Shown one piece after another: positions 11,781 through 25,252 of a stretch of 64,000 nt of DNA (position 1 is the first letter of the stretch; each line of letters begins with the position of its first letter). The stretch is taken from NCBI GenBank assembly GCA_000708835.1, contig DF237208.1:56210-120209 (forward strand), read 5' to 3'. This DNA is from Klebsormidium nitens. Its lineage: Eukaryota > Plantae > Klebsormidiophyceae. The position numbers and the translations under genes are program-made. The notes under the pieces are model-generated. The model saw nothing but the letters and a program-made list of their open reading frames with translations. It was not told the origin of the DNA and searched no databases.

Positions 11781-14700
11781 TTAGATGTTCGGGAGGCACC
11801 TTAAAGTCAATTGCACCTGCGATTCCTTGGGCGGAGGAGCCCCTCCCTTCCACTGCAAAACCACCTTCGTCTCGACCAATTCGCCGAGCTCTATCAATGC
11901 TCCCCCTCCGTGGCCCCCTTTTTGGGGCGCCGAGTAACTGAACGTCACCGTTTTTCTCTCCCCGGGCGCCAAGCTCCCCTTGCTGACGTCAACCGACCAC
12001 CCCTGCGCCGCATTCGCGGAGCCCTTATCCAGTCCCTCAATCACAAACTCCCCGGTCGCGCTTTTCCCACCGGCCTTGCCACTTTCGGCGCAACCCACCG
12101 TTATCGAACGCGAGGAGAGGCCTTTGGCCCCGTCCGTGACTAGGGTCACCGTTACCGCCTTCGGCACACCCCCCGGTTCTGTATCGTGGGTCGGGGGATC
12201 ATCCGGGGGGTCGGCTCCGGTCAGGAAGAGCGCCTGGTCCCAGCAGTAGCCGGTAAGATCGATCGTCACTTCTTTGTCTTGATTAGGGACCTGCACAAGA
12301 AGATCGGGGATGCTTCTCTATAGTGAACAGCATACCCGTGCTATAGAAAGCGCTTGTCGTAGGCTCAGGAAGACTATGAAGCCAAGAATGGGAACGGCAG
12401 GGCCAAGTACGACGCTTATATTTGTCTGCGGCAAAAGTTCTCAATCTACTCTCGTTAAGAATCTTCGACTACGAAACTTGTAGAGCTCTGAAGCAACCGT
12501 GAAAGGCTACGCGAAGCGGCGGCCGTGTTGAGAATCGTGATTAGCGTGAGTTTCCACAGGCAGCATGCAGAACATCAAGTTGCGCCTCGCATACAGAGGC
12601 TGTTGGACCATCGAATTATCGCACAGTGTGATCAGGACTCCTAGCCCTACCGTTGCTTTCGAATACAGAGTTTCGAGAAGATGTCCGGATTGGATGGAAG
12701 CACGAAAACACAGATGGGCAGAGCGCTTTTTGAAAGACCATACTGGCCACATGCCATCGCACCTTTTAGGACGTAAGTCGGGGTACGCAAAAAACAGGGC
12801 ACGCAGAAGCTCATCCGGAAATACAAGAACGAAACAGGCGATGAACTTACGGGTCAGACCCGGGAGAAAACCTTGAACTTTCACGAGAAGAGAACGTAAG
12901 GACTGCGCGAAGGCCTTCAGCATTGCAGACTGGGGACCGAAAGTCACCGGTCAGTAAAGTTAGGCAGGTAAATAGGGCGACAATCATACAACAAATTCTT
13001 GAACCTACATGCAGATGCAGATCGGATGCGTTTCGTGCGTACCTCGACAAGAAGCTTCGCCCGGTATTGGCACCCCGGGCGGTCCGAGTTGAAGGCAATG
13101 GCGACCGGGGCACGCTGACCGGCCTCGATTGTGCCCTCCGCGGGCTTGCAGAAGATGGGCTGCGGGGACAATGAGAGGACGTTTTACAGTATGAGTGTGC
13201 TTGGATAGGAAGCAAACGGTTGTCGATGTGCATTTCAGTTTGACTTGGCCTGATACGTCTGCGACTGCTTATTCTACAGCGAGCAACTTCAGCGTCTGGG
13301 TTGCTTTGCTTCCAAGCAATCATGTGATCAGCTAGGATGAGCTGAGAACACCGTATGAAGAACCAAAGCAGAAAGGCAACGATCTATTTCCTACTATGAT
13401 TTCGGCTCTGCATGCTCATCCTTCTCCAATTTTTTTTCTTAGCCTGGCCCCAATTTTTTGGGGGCCTTTTGGGGAGGAGTGGACGATGGCGTTTATTTTT
13501 TGCTCCAAGCAATTTTCTATCCTGTTCGACGTCCTCGGTACACGGCGAAGGTCTCCAACACATAATCTCCTGCGCTTCTGTAGACTGCTCTTCTGCACTA
13601 AAGCTTTAAAATCTCCGATTGCTGCGCTTCGACGAGCGTCTTTGCTGAAGATCTGCTCAAAAACCGGGACGGATCTAAGCAATAAGTTGATTGAACGGCC
13701 ACACACGTCAACAGAAGAAACTCCCTCAAGCGCTCCCAGTCTTGCTGTAGACGATCAAAACAATCAGACACAACGTCTCAAGTAAAGTCTCACCTCCATG
13801 CCGTTCCGGTTCCGCTGTACGGTTCCGTCCAGCCGCAGCCGGAATGTCAGCGCGAAGGGCGACGTGTTCACGATCGCGAACCCCTTCTCCACGCTCTCTC
13901 CCGCCAACACGTGTCCCAGATTGACGGCTGTAATCTGAGGGTCCAGGTGCATCGTAGGGCTAATCCCCTCCCCCAGCAACAACACCTGAAGCTTAGTCGC
14001 TCCCAGCCCCCCCTTGGTGAAAAGGGTCATCACCTCCCGATAGCGTATCCGGGCTGCCGGCGCGAACTCGACCAACACTTTCTGCTGCGTCGGCGGGCGC
14101 TTCGCGGGGTTTAGGGGTTCAGCGGCCGCGAGGGATTTGCCGGCGCCGACGGACGTGCTGGGGACGCTTTCGGCGGTTGGACCGGGGGTGCTTTTTCCGC
14201 TGGGAGTAGGGCCCCCCGCGGCAGACGAAGAACGGCTGGCACTTCGATCTGCTGGGTTTGACTGAGCACTTACTATCTCCCTCCCCGATACCAAATCCGC
14301 TGACTCTCCAACGTTTTTCGAAGCTTCTCCTGAAGCCCTGGAAGCGCCACGTGTCTCGTCCGTCCCGTGCTCCTCTCCTGCTGGGGGGGTTGACCTGCCG
14401 GCGAAACCGGCCCCCCCAGAAGCTTCGCTACTGCGACAAGTAGCGGCCGGATCCTCTTCAAGGGGGAACAGCTCCCTGAGCGCATTCACCCGTGTGAATA
14501 TCCCGTCGTGGCCCAACGGGCTCGCGCATATGCTCATCGGACGGCTGCCCACGTGTCGCACGGTGAACGTTTTCAGCACCCGCTTGCCCACGGGCACCTG
14601 GCCGAAGTTCAGGGGGTAGAATCCCTGCGGATCGGGGCCCCCCGGGACGTCCTCGATTGCCAGCTGCGGCTCGATGGCGGTCGTATGGACTTCCAGGTGG

Positions 14701-17700
14701 AGCGTAACGCTGACCGCTGCGGTGGAGCCGGCGTTACCGTTCATTTGCGGCGTGGGTTCCACCGTAACCAGGCTGGTTATCTTCACCTCGGACGGCGCCT
14801 GAGCTTTTTGCTTCCGAATGAGACACGGGATGACGGTCTGCTGACGTAAGCACAGGGCGGCGTTACGTCTGACTTCCCCGTTCGTAGGCACTTCGCTCCT
14901 AGAACTCGTTTCCGGTTCCGTTCCGGGCTGTGCTCCTACCTCCGGTCGACCCTGGCCACTGGCTGGCCTGCTAACGTCAGATGGCACGTCAGCAACGTCA
15001 CCTTCACTCCCTTCGCTCACGTCAGCATCCTCCGAAGGCCGGAACTCGACCAGAATCGTCGCCGCTTTCCCCGGTTGGATGACGTCAATCGAAGGACTGA
15101 TGATTAGATCGCGTCGATCCGGAAGCGCGAACTCGAAGCTCTGCGGTGCGCTCGAAACGTTCTTCAGGAGCAGAGTCGCGGTCGAGGCGCTTCCCAAGGG
15201 CGTCGCGGGAAGCTCTACGCGGTTCGCGCTGAACACCAGGGGCGCGAGCGCGCCCAGCCCAACGCAGGGAACCTTAAAGGGTTGCGCGGGTGCCAGGGAG
15301 CTCGTGCAGGGGAGCGGGAAGCTATAGAGGGTCGCGGCGTGAGGGGTGAAAATCACCGACCGCTGAACGGACTCCCCCGGAAGGAGGCTTCCAAACCCGT
15401 CGCCGGGTTTGACGGACACCCCTTTCGGAAGTGGGTTAAAGCCGTAACGGAGGGGTAAGGCGGACGGGTTACTCAGGGTTAGGGGGCAGGCGACGGACTC
15501 CCCAACGGGGCACGTGCCGAAGTCAAGCGCGGGCGGGGAGAAGCGAAGCTCCGCTGACGTCAGCGTCGCCTTGACCACCGCTGTGACCGGGAAGGTCTGT
15601 TCCGGTATCCGTAACCGGAGCGGAACCGCGAGGGTTCCGGTGGCGGAATTGGAGTGGGGGGCGCAGCGCTCGAGGAGATCTAGAGCGGGCAAGAACTTGA
15701 GCTGGAAGGAGAAAGTGCCCCCGGCTTGGACGTAACCCAATTCCGGCACGATTTGGAGGCAGCCCGCGAGCCCCTTGGGCGGGGTCAGCGTAACCTTCAT
15801 CGTGGTTTTGCCGCGGTTAGCAACGACCAGGACGTTTCGGTACACCTGCAGCGGAAGGAGCGGAAAATGGATCACGACGAGAAGCTGAAGGGACAGTGAA
15901 GCAGCGGGTTAAGAACTACGGGCGTCTCCAAACTCAGATCTATTGAAAAAACGTTCCCGCTTCTTAGGTCGGTCACGGAAGAGTCGCAGGCTCTCGAAAG
16001 AGGGTTTCCACGCGTTTTCCAGAAGTCCTTTTGAGGGGTACCTCAGGAGCCGAGCTAATCCTTTCAAAACCTTCAAAAGGTTGAGGGGTATCGGGCCCTT
16101 CCTTCTTCCTTCCATTTAGAACCGATGTGTGCGTCAGGCCTGGAAAAGAAATTGGACATGGACTGCACCGCCCGCACTTCGGAAAACTTTTACATGCCCT
16201 CTCAGGTAGCCTGTGTCTAGCCAGGAATATCTTGCCTGCTCGTATACGCAGCATTTGAAGTCAGCTTCCTCGCTCTCCAGGTAGATGGGGACGTCACCGC
16301 ACGCTCCAGTGACGTCAAGCGTCAGATCGCCCACTTCTTTGGCCGAGAACGTCACGGAAAGCGTCCGGCGAAAAGGGCCTTCTTCCAGGGGGGCGTACGT
16401 GAAGTCAATCCGGGCCTTGCTGTATCCCCCCACCGCGCCCGTTTTCGTATAGCTGCGGTGTTTGGATTCTGAAGTCAGTGGTTTTGTGAGCCGATTGACT
16501 GTGTTTCAGGAATGCACAATTTGTGTCGTTTCCTTGTTGTGCAGACTCACGAGCAGATAGACGTAACCAAGAAGAGGGCAGACAAAAGCTACGCATCTGT
16601 TTTCGTAACCGGATGCAAGAGCTCCAGATCGTTTTGAAGGCCCTCAATGCAGTACTGACAGATATGCCAGTCGAAATCAACGAACATCTCTCGCGGAGGG
16701 CCCTTTCCGCCTGTGCAAGCACGAGAGTTCTGGACAAAGGCGAAGCGTACGGTTGCTGAACGCAGGTTTTATTATAGCGGTGTCTGTTAAAGACCTGACG
16801 TTAAGATTGATCCGATTTTCTACAGCAGGCAAACTCGACAGCGGCGTCTTGCGCCCTTGGGCCTTTAACACATCCGCAACGATCAAGTATCTCAAAGGAC
16901 CTTGGACTCGCAAATATAACTGACGACCCAAGGGTCTTTTCATTTTCAGGTCCCGACAGCACTTGGTCGACCGCTTGTGGGTTCTTTTTGGAACTTCTCG
17001 CCGAGCGCTTCGCTCACCTCAGTACCGAGTCACCGGGCGCTCCTTCCGGCCCCAACTCCCTCAGCTCAAACGCAGTCGGTAGCGACCCTCGGTTCTCGAT
17101 CGTCAGCGTCTTGACGCACTTTTCCGCCCGGGTGACGATGCCAAAGTCCAGCCGGTTGGTGGGTGGGTCGGTGACAATCACCGTGCGCTTGATCAGGCAC
17201 CGAATGGGCACCGACATGGGCCCGGTTGCCGCGAGAACCGGGAGCTCCTCGAAGATGTCTTCGTTCACTTTAGGGGTGAATGTGATGGTCACCTGCAGAA
17301 GTGAGATTGCAATGTTTTGGAGCGGCATAATGTGCAAAGGTCACCCGTTGTATGCTACTAGAACTTGAGGTCTTCAAATCTTGAGACGCAAGTATCGAAC
17401 CTTCTTGAAAAATTCATTTGTGCACATTGAGATCCAGGTTGCTCCTTACTCTGTCCGGAAGCCAATCATAGCCCAACAAGCTGAGCGCCTGAATCAAAAC
17501 TCGGAAGCTGATTCGAAGAGCACATTAATGAGTATAAAGAATAGCTCTGTTCTCTCCTCCAAAGGAGTTTTCAGTGAAGGAGTTCGCCGGACAATGGTTT
17601 TTCCAAGGTTGCTACAATGCAAGCAGAAGATAGCGTATACCCTGCTCGTATCCTGCGGTGCATCACTCAAGCTCACGATGACTGCACAACCCGTTCCGCT

Positions 17701-20700
17701 CCTCACCTCGCAGCTCATTCCGGCGGACACCTGCCCCGGGAACTCGTACTCCACCACGAAAAAGTCGCGCACCGCGTCCGGCAGGTCCGCAATTTTGAAC
17801 GTGTTGAAAGTGTACGAGACGTTCGTGAGCGTGAACTTCGTCTTATACGTATGCCCGACTTCGAAATCCTTAAACACGATGTCGGCAGGCGTCGGTAGAA
17901 ACGCAGCGCCCTTGAACTCTCTCCCCCAGACGACCTGCTTCCGGGTCATGCCCGTCTCCTTGTGGCGCGCGCGCGCCTCCGCGAGCCGCCGCGCCTCCCA
18001 CGTGCTCAGCGCGCGCGGCCGCGCGCCCGGGCTGACGTTCTCGTCGTTGCCACCCCCGTCGGGTTCGTCGGAACCGCCCCCAGACAAGAGGCTTGCGTTT
18101 TGGCCGTCCGATTGGGCATCGGACGGCTGTGGGGCGGGCTTGTTGGGAGACCGGGGGATGAGGAGCTCGCTCGGGGTTTCGTGGTAGACCTTTTGTAAGG
18201 CGTCAACGGTGGACTTGGAAGCGATGCCGAGACCCAGCTGGTACTTGTTGAGAATCTTAGAGGGGTCCGCAATCTGCAAGTCAACACCGCTGATCGTCAA
18301 TTTTAGATTGCTTCAAGTATATACACGCGCGCAGAGTGATTCTTACGAAGATGATATGGTGCTGGCAGCTATAGCAGTGGGAACGTTGCAACCATAGATG
18401 ATGAGCAAGTTGCAAAGGTAGAAAGCTAGGACTGCTTAAGGAGCCTCAGCTCCAACCAGAAGGGCAACGAAGCCGTCGGGGTTACGTTACAGCAGAGCCT
18501 TTGGAAAGTGATGAGAGAGCCCAGAGCAAGCGGTAGAATTTTACGTCGGATCAATGTGAGAGACTCTACAGCTGCAGGGTTCAATGCAATTCTCACAGGC
18601 CCTTCTCCTCTGACATTGTGCGGCGTCAAAGCTTGGCATCATCTACGTTTCAGCGTGCGGTTTAATCTTTCGACGCCTGCGTACCATACTCCTCTGATTT
18701 ATGGAGCACGTCACAACCGTTCCCGGAAGTTCGACTTGACGCTATCTAATTTTCATACGCCTTTGCGTACCTTGGACGGCAGGAACCCGCCGGGCTTGGT
18801 GATCTCGGACAGCTCCAGCCCCGGGAGGGCACGTGCCTCCAGGTAATTGCGCCACCTGTCCGGGTCGTCCATCTTGACGGGCACTTGCCGCGCCTCGAAG
18901 GCCTATCGCGGGACAATGAAAGATGTGAGTAACACAGCCCTCAAAACCATATAAGAGACAAGCGATTCACATCGGCAAGCTTCTTGGATGGGTTTCACGT
19001 CAAGCTAAGTCCTTTTTGGAACCCTGCAGTGCGCAGCGTGAAGCTCAATCTCGAGGTTTCATCAAAACGCACTTTTGAAAAGTGAATCTTAGCAGATAAG
19101 TTTCACGACGAGTCTTGCATTTGAATTCTTCCTCCTCTTTCTCAAACCTAGAAGCAGATCAGGGCACCTTATTGCCGCTATTACCGCTTCCAGTTACACA
19201 CCGCTTCCGTTCTCCGGCTCGCACGCAAAAGTCCTTCTCCTATCCGTAAATCTGCCCACTCTATCCTTCTGGAGAGAGAACGCGTATTAACCACACGTCA
19301 TATCGCGCACCGTCATTCTGGCCGTGACCTTTTCCAGTTGCACCGCTTCCTTCTCCATCTCGACCGCGAAGTCCGCCTCCTGCTGCCGCCGCCGCTCATC
19401 TACGCGCGCCTGCTCGCGCGTGCGCGCCTCTTCTTGCTCGCGCCGCCGAAAGACCTGCCAATGTCAAAGGCACCATGAATTCGAAGTGTTCTTGCAGGGG
19501 GGAGGTGTTGCCAAATGATTCATCAGCGTTGCTGTTGGCATCGTACGCGTCTTGTTGGTCTTACGCTGACTAACTCTGTTTTGAAGTCGACCTTCACAGA
19601 ACGAATGCAAGGGCATCGAAAATCTGCAGTGGCAGAGGCATTTGATTCGAGGACTGTAGTATAGTACTGACCTGCTTTCTTGAAGTTTCGCTTTTAATTT
19701 TGCAAGATCAAAAAGGCGTCCACTCACGCGTAGTGAGCAAGGTTTGCCAGGATGCACGCTGGAAGTCAGCATGCTCCGACTCAGCAAATTTCCGCCCGCG
19801 CTTTCCCTCACTACGTCGCCCAGCTCTACATGCGAAAGTTTCAACGACGACACCGATTCCGGTTCCGGCTCCGACCTCACTGAAAACCAGCGGAGCGCCC
19901 TGCAGCAGCTCGAGATTTACCCCGAGATAAGTAAGAAACTTGCTAACCGAGACCTTCCCCCACCTCATAGGGGTTTTTCCCAGCCTTCAGCAGCGCCTCC
20001 GTTTCTTTAGTTCGTGCTTCCTCCCGGAGCTTTAACCGGCGCTGCCGTGACGCGTTCTTCGACTCAATCTCCGTCTTGATCGCCTCCGTGTCGCGCTTCA
20101 GCTGCAGCAGCGCGGCCGCCTTCCGGCTCCGCTCCGTGATCCGGGTGGAGCTCCGCGCGGACTCATTCAGCCTGCGACAGCGGAATGGTCAGCTGTGCAG
20201 CGAAAGCTATCAGGATCCACGCACTCTTTCCTGCGTCGGAAAAAGGACGACTGTTTTCCGCTTTCGCTGAGCGTCGGAAAGACTCGGAAGATCGCAGACT
20301 TAAAGGCATCAATCATTCGGTAAGCTCAGATTAGACAAGCAAATCTCTCTTTTTCATCTCGGTCAGAAAGCGAAAAGATACGAACTTTTCGGTCCAGGTA
20401 GACTGTAGAGGGTCTTACGAACAGGCTCCCCCTGGAGACTACGAGAATGGCGTGGACTCAGGATGAGGTCTTCTTCTGCCGCAAAACGGCTCTCAGAATG
20501 CGGATCTCGAGGGCCTTGATCAAAGGAACCGTCAGCAAGCTCACCGTATCGCGCCAAGCTGGATCTTCAACCGCTCCACTGCGACTCGTCGTCCCTCCTG
20601 AAGATACAACAATTAAGAATGAGGTTCGAAACCGTTTTCTTACCTCTTTTGACAAGACAGAGAGTATTTGAGTTCTCAGCCAGAACATATCGAACCGGAT

Positions 20701-23464
20701 CAAATCGAGAAAATCGTACCCACGACCGCCATAACGGGCGAACCAGTAGGATTTTGTACGATGTCGAGTAACCCTTCGATAAAAATTCAGTCTGCTAATC
20801 GAGGACGCTCCGTGATAAGGACTATTTAGCAGCATCAACCGCAGGCTTAAGCATCGCGCGGATAGAAAGGCCAAAAGTCTTTGTGTCGGCCCTTGGTTTG
20901 CCACCCAGAGTGATGACGTTTCTTGCTCTAGACCGGAAATCAAGGTCACGATGGCCACGCAAGAATAGAAGCTTCGAGCACAGGTCACAAACGAGCTAAG
21001 ATCCGAGGAGAGTACGTCCAAACACAGGATCGGAAACGAGCGGATGGATTCAAAGAAAAGGTATGCCTGAGCAGAGGGTCATAAACAAGAGGGAAATCCT
21101 CAGAAAGAGGAGAGGGAACGTGACACGTCGCGTACCCCTGCCTGCTGTAGAACTGTCTCATCTAGGTCCGCCTGCTTCTGTCGCTCTTCACTAGCGAGGA
21201 GCTTCAGCTTGTGGCTCCCTTTTCGGTACTGCTCTGCTGGGACAGACTGCGGACAAGGAAATGTACCAGCGGTTGAGGCACCCGTAAATTCAGGTTCGGA
21301 ATCCAGTCAGAATGGAAGCTGAACTACAATTTGAAACATTGACGATCTGCCTGAGCCTCAAAATGGGATGGCGGGGCATCCTACAGGCGAAGTAAACGCA
21401 TAGTGGTGCAAACTCTTCGGATTAGATATAGTCGGCCTTTAGAACCTGTTTTTGTACCTCTTTGACCGAAATCCTGTCATTAAGCCGGGAAGCACGTCGA
21501 TGTAACGATGCAAGCACGATAACGCCACCAATTGGGACGTGACGAAGCACAAGAAACGAGATAGCCGAATTCGCGCATCTTCTTCCTCACCTCTTTGTCT
21601 TTCCGAAGGGTCGCCAGCCGCTGCAAGGACCCCGCCTCTCCGAGATTGCCTGCTTCCAGAGTTTTGGTTTCCTGTAGAAAGCGGAAAGCGGAGCGGCCAA
21701 AATCATGATTACCTGAAATTTTGCGCCCGTGTCCGAATCATGCACGACTGACCATCCTGCGGTGTTACTCGAAGCTCAAAAAGATTCGAGGCCCGATACC
21801 GTTCACAAACTTGTGTTTCTTTCCACCAGTACGGAAAGCTCGCTCAAAGTGTTGTGCATTCGGAACAGGCTTCGGTGGCCTCTCGGTAAAACGACTCACG
21901 CTCAGCCAGTAAGTCATCCAGTCTCGAAACGACAAGAAACTCGAAAAACAAAACCCGCCGCTGTCTTTACTGCGTCACGCGTGAGGGTATAGAGATATAC
22001 GCACCTCCATGCCCCTGGTTTGGACTTCAAGCTGCAGGCGTGATGCTAGAGCGACATCCTCCTCTCTTTTGGCCCTGTCCAGTGCCAACTGCTGCTCCTC
22101 TATGGCACGCATGCACTCACCCAGCCGCTCTCGCAGGATAAGCATCTGCAAATGAATAAGCAAAAAGCTATCATGTACTACAGCCTTTATAACAAGCAGT
22201 GCAGTCAACTTGAACCGCACACAGCTTTGATCAGGTCACCAAGCAGCTTGTCTTGTGTGCTATAATACTCCCTCAGGAGCACCGGCGTTCAAGTTCAACA
22301 GAGCAAATTCAAGGTGTGAACTCTATCAAAGAAAGAAAACCAGCACAGCAACGTCCTTGCTGAGTTGCTGCGAATGTGTGCTCCTCCAAGCTTATCAGAT
22401 AGACCATCATGTGGAAACACTGGTGGTGTTTTTGGGCAAGCTGGCAAACAGGCGCACGGTTGTGGTTCAGGGTGTCAAGCTCTCTGAGGCAACACGGAAC
22501 ACACCCACACAGATGATTTCAGCTTGTCTGCCGAACATCATTGGTGATGCCTTGACGACGATAGGAGCATGCCCTGCATTGTGTCGGGCTTTTTGCAACA
22601 CAACTGACCTTTTCGGTCGGAGAGCCATGGCTCTGCGATGCTTCCTGCAGCTGCTCCAGTATGTTCTCATACTGATCTTCCAAGGAAGAGAGAAAGTCCT
22701 CTGCTTGAAGCACCTGCATATCCACCACCAATATTCACTGAATAGCAGGCAGTTGTTTGAGCCGGGTAGCGCAAATGAGAACCACAAAGCTCAGGGCACG
22801 TCCGAGGTCTGGGAAATGCTTTGACTGGCCGTATCCTTTCTGCAAAGTCTTTCTTCTTTTGACACGGGAAAGATTGCACTTTGTTTGAAGGAGCTCATCA
22901 AAATAGTGAACTTGGTGAGAAGGTGTCTAAGAGTAATGCATGTGCAGATGTTGCTAGCTCTATTCTTGCCTGACTTCCGCAAGGGAAAGTTGCCACCACC
23001 AACTGTGTCATCAGAAGGGGCACCTGGCCAGGCAGTGTGCACCAAACTGTGCTGAAACTTCAATAATTTCAGTCTCGTCCCCCCTGAGATAGTCTACATG
23101 TGATGGTAAGCCTGGATTTGAGCAACTCAAGTTTGGAATGAGGGGGCAGAGCATTCACCTGTTTCTTGGCCAGCTCCTCGTTGTCTCGTGCTGATCCTAG
23201 AGCTCGGTCATAGCTCTGCAGTAGCTTCCTTCTTTGATTAGCTTCCAGACGCAGTGCACGCTGCTCGTGATCAGCATAGCTGCTGAGCAACTTTGATTCT
23301 GGTTCCAATTTATGTTGATCATCTAGCATGCTTCCCTGCGAACTGGGCCACGTTCCAGGCCTGGCGGTCGTTAACTTAACCCATGATAGAAAGTCTTCGC
23401 TCAGAGGATCTGGCGTGATCTCATTTGTTGGAGAACCACCTTCGCCCTCAAATGTAACCTCCAT
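11781..23464 (-). CDS. CFAP74: Cilia- and flagella-associated protein 74-like (N-terminal coiled coil plus repeated Ig-like/ASH domains), roughly 1,650 aa
   Basis: About 15 exons including 23159-23464, 22609-22713, 22005-22145, ~21591-21671, ~21137-21250, ~20547-20599, ~19967-20172 (LLKAGKNPYE), 19329-~19455, ~18769-18903, ~17708-18274 (IVFKDFEVGHTYKTKFTLTNVSYTFNTFK...PGQVSAGMSCE), ~17030-17292, 16236-~16450 (GC donor), ~13795-15846, ~13040-13162, 11781-~12290. The FKDF/TLTNVSY/SAGMSCEV motifs match CFAP74 as recalled. The start codon is inferred; further 5' exons toward the gap are possible. Confidence 0.85.
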
Positions 23465-24447
23465 GGTAGGAGGCCAGCAGAATGCACTACCCCAAAATTG
23501 AATCAACTTTCAGAATACTCGGTTTTGAAGCATGGGGAACGTGGCTCTTCACCATGCGGACCCAACTCCTTGCGCAGCACCTTCCCCTCTTCCTACGAAT
23601 CACGACAAATGTGTTTGAAGGGGAAGTCGACTGGTCGAAGGAATGATGGCCAGTGCCGCTGGCGAGATTCAGCTTCACCACTGCAACATGTTTCTCCACC
23701 CCTCCCTGTCAGCCACCTCCTTTTTCCTAAGCAACATAGGCATGTGCTGGAGCCTTGGAGCCTGCTTGCTGCAGACCGGAATTAGGGTTTGCCCATCTCC
23801 ACAGCTCAGGCAACGGTTCCGGATACATACCGCACCCGCTGAGTTCCAGCATCCTGGTACCGTACCGTAGCACTTCGAGGGATCCCGCCAGATCAACCCT
23901 CAGCAGCCGGCGAGATCTTGAATCTACTGTAGGTACCTAGCTAGTGGACTGCGCACTGATTGGCGCATCGCACGGCCGTCTCATCGGACGGTCGTGCTTC
24001 GATAGACTTGAAGCACAACTTTCGCAAAAATGCGCAGCTTCTTCCTTCTTTCTTGACGAAGCTTAGAGGAGCTTTTTTCGAGGCGCTCGGGCGCCATTGT
24101 TTTTTCGTTCCCACCCGAACCCGCCCTATATTTCATTCTTCCAGCAATCATGACAATCAAAATGCTAAAGACGATCATCCTTTGTCACCTACCATTCAGC
24201 TCTAGCCCAGCCGATCTCTGCCTCCCATTGGCCACTCTCTCCAGGACTTTGCCCACACAGCGGCGCGCCACTGGCATCTCCGCTTGCTCGCACAGGATTC
24301 CAAACCACGGCTCGCGATGTAGACCACATACTTGCCTGCGATTATAAATCGATGTCATTCGTAACCAGCCGTATTCACCCGGCGCACCCTGCATCTTCCA
24401 AACAGCAAAGCTTCATACAGCTTCCACGCAAACGCATTCACTTTCCA

Positions 24448-24806
24448 NNNNNNNNNNNNNNNNNNNNNNNNNNNNNNNNNNNNNNNNNNNNNNNNNNNNN
24501 NNNNNNNNNNNNNNNNNNNNNNNNNNNNNNNNNNNNNNNNNNNNNNNNNNNNNNNNNNNNNNNNNNNNNNNNNNNNNNNNNNNNNNNNNNNNNNNNNNNN
24601 NNNNNNNNNNNNNNNNNNNNNNNNNNNNNNNNNNNNNNNNNNNNNNNNNNNNNNNNNNNNNNNNNNNNNNNNNNNNNNNNNNNNNNNNNNNNNNNNNNNN
24701 NNNNNNNNNNNNNNNNNNNNNNNNNNNNNNNNNNNNNNNNNNNNNNNNNNNNNNNNNNNNNNNNNNNNNNNNNNNNNNNNNNNNNNNNNNNNNNNNNNNN
24801 NNNNNN
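24448..24806. other. Assembly gap (Ns)
   Basis: Run of N between the CFAP74 5' region and the oxygenase-MYND gene. Confidence 1.
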
Positions 24807-25252
24807 GCCAGCGCCTGCAAATGTAGCCGACTTTGGACAGCTGGTCGGGCCGCGCCAAAATTTAAGAATCGAGTGCTCGTTGCAGGCAACTCCTGCTTCT
24901 AGGATCTGATTCGATACAACCCCGAGGGGCTGTCCTATGTTGTTAGGTACCTATGTCCCTGCTATTACTATTAGCCGCAGCGTACCCAGCGCTGACAATG
25001 TCAATGGCAATGGCGCCGAGATTTCATTGATCAGGGTGCACCAGGCTTGATCAACGTCTGCTGATTGCTGTCATCGCACTCAGACCGTCATTGATCAGGT
25101 CTTCCTTTTAGTGCTGTAGGGCCGGTTTGAGCGGATTGAGTACCCGGAACTTTTCTATACTGGTCCGACTTCAGCAATTGGCAGCAACCAGAATCAGTCC
25201 AACTCCAAATCAAGGAGGAGGAGTATCTGCAAGAACATCTCAGCCTGAAAGC

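Noticed and set aside
23600-24330. Exon-like segments upstream of the CFAP74 start
   Set aside because: They have splice-like ends but no convincing coding signal. They may be 5' UTR exons, which needs RNA evidence.
24352-24909. Long ORFs crossing the first N gap
   Set aside because: They are artefacts of translating Ns. The flanks share no overlap, inverted repeat or TSD that I could find.
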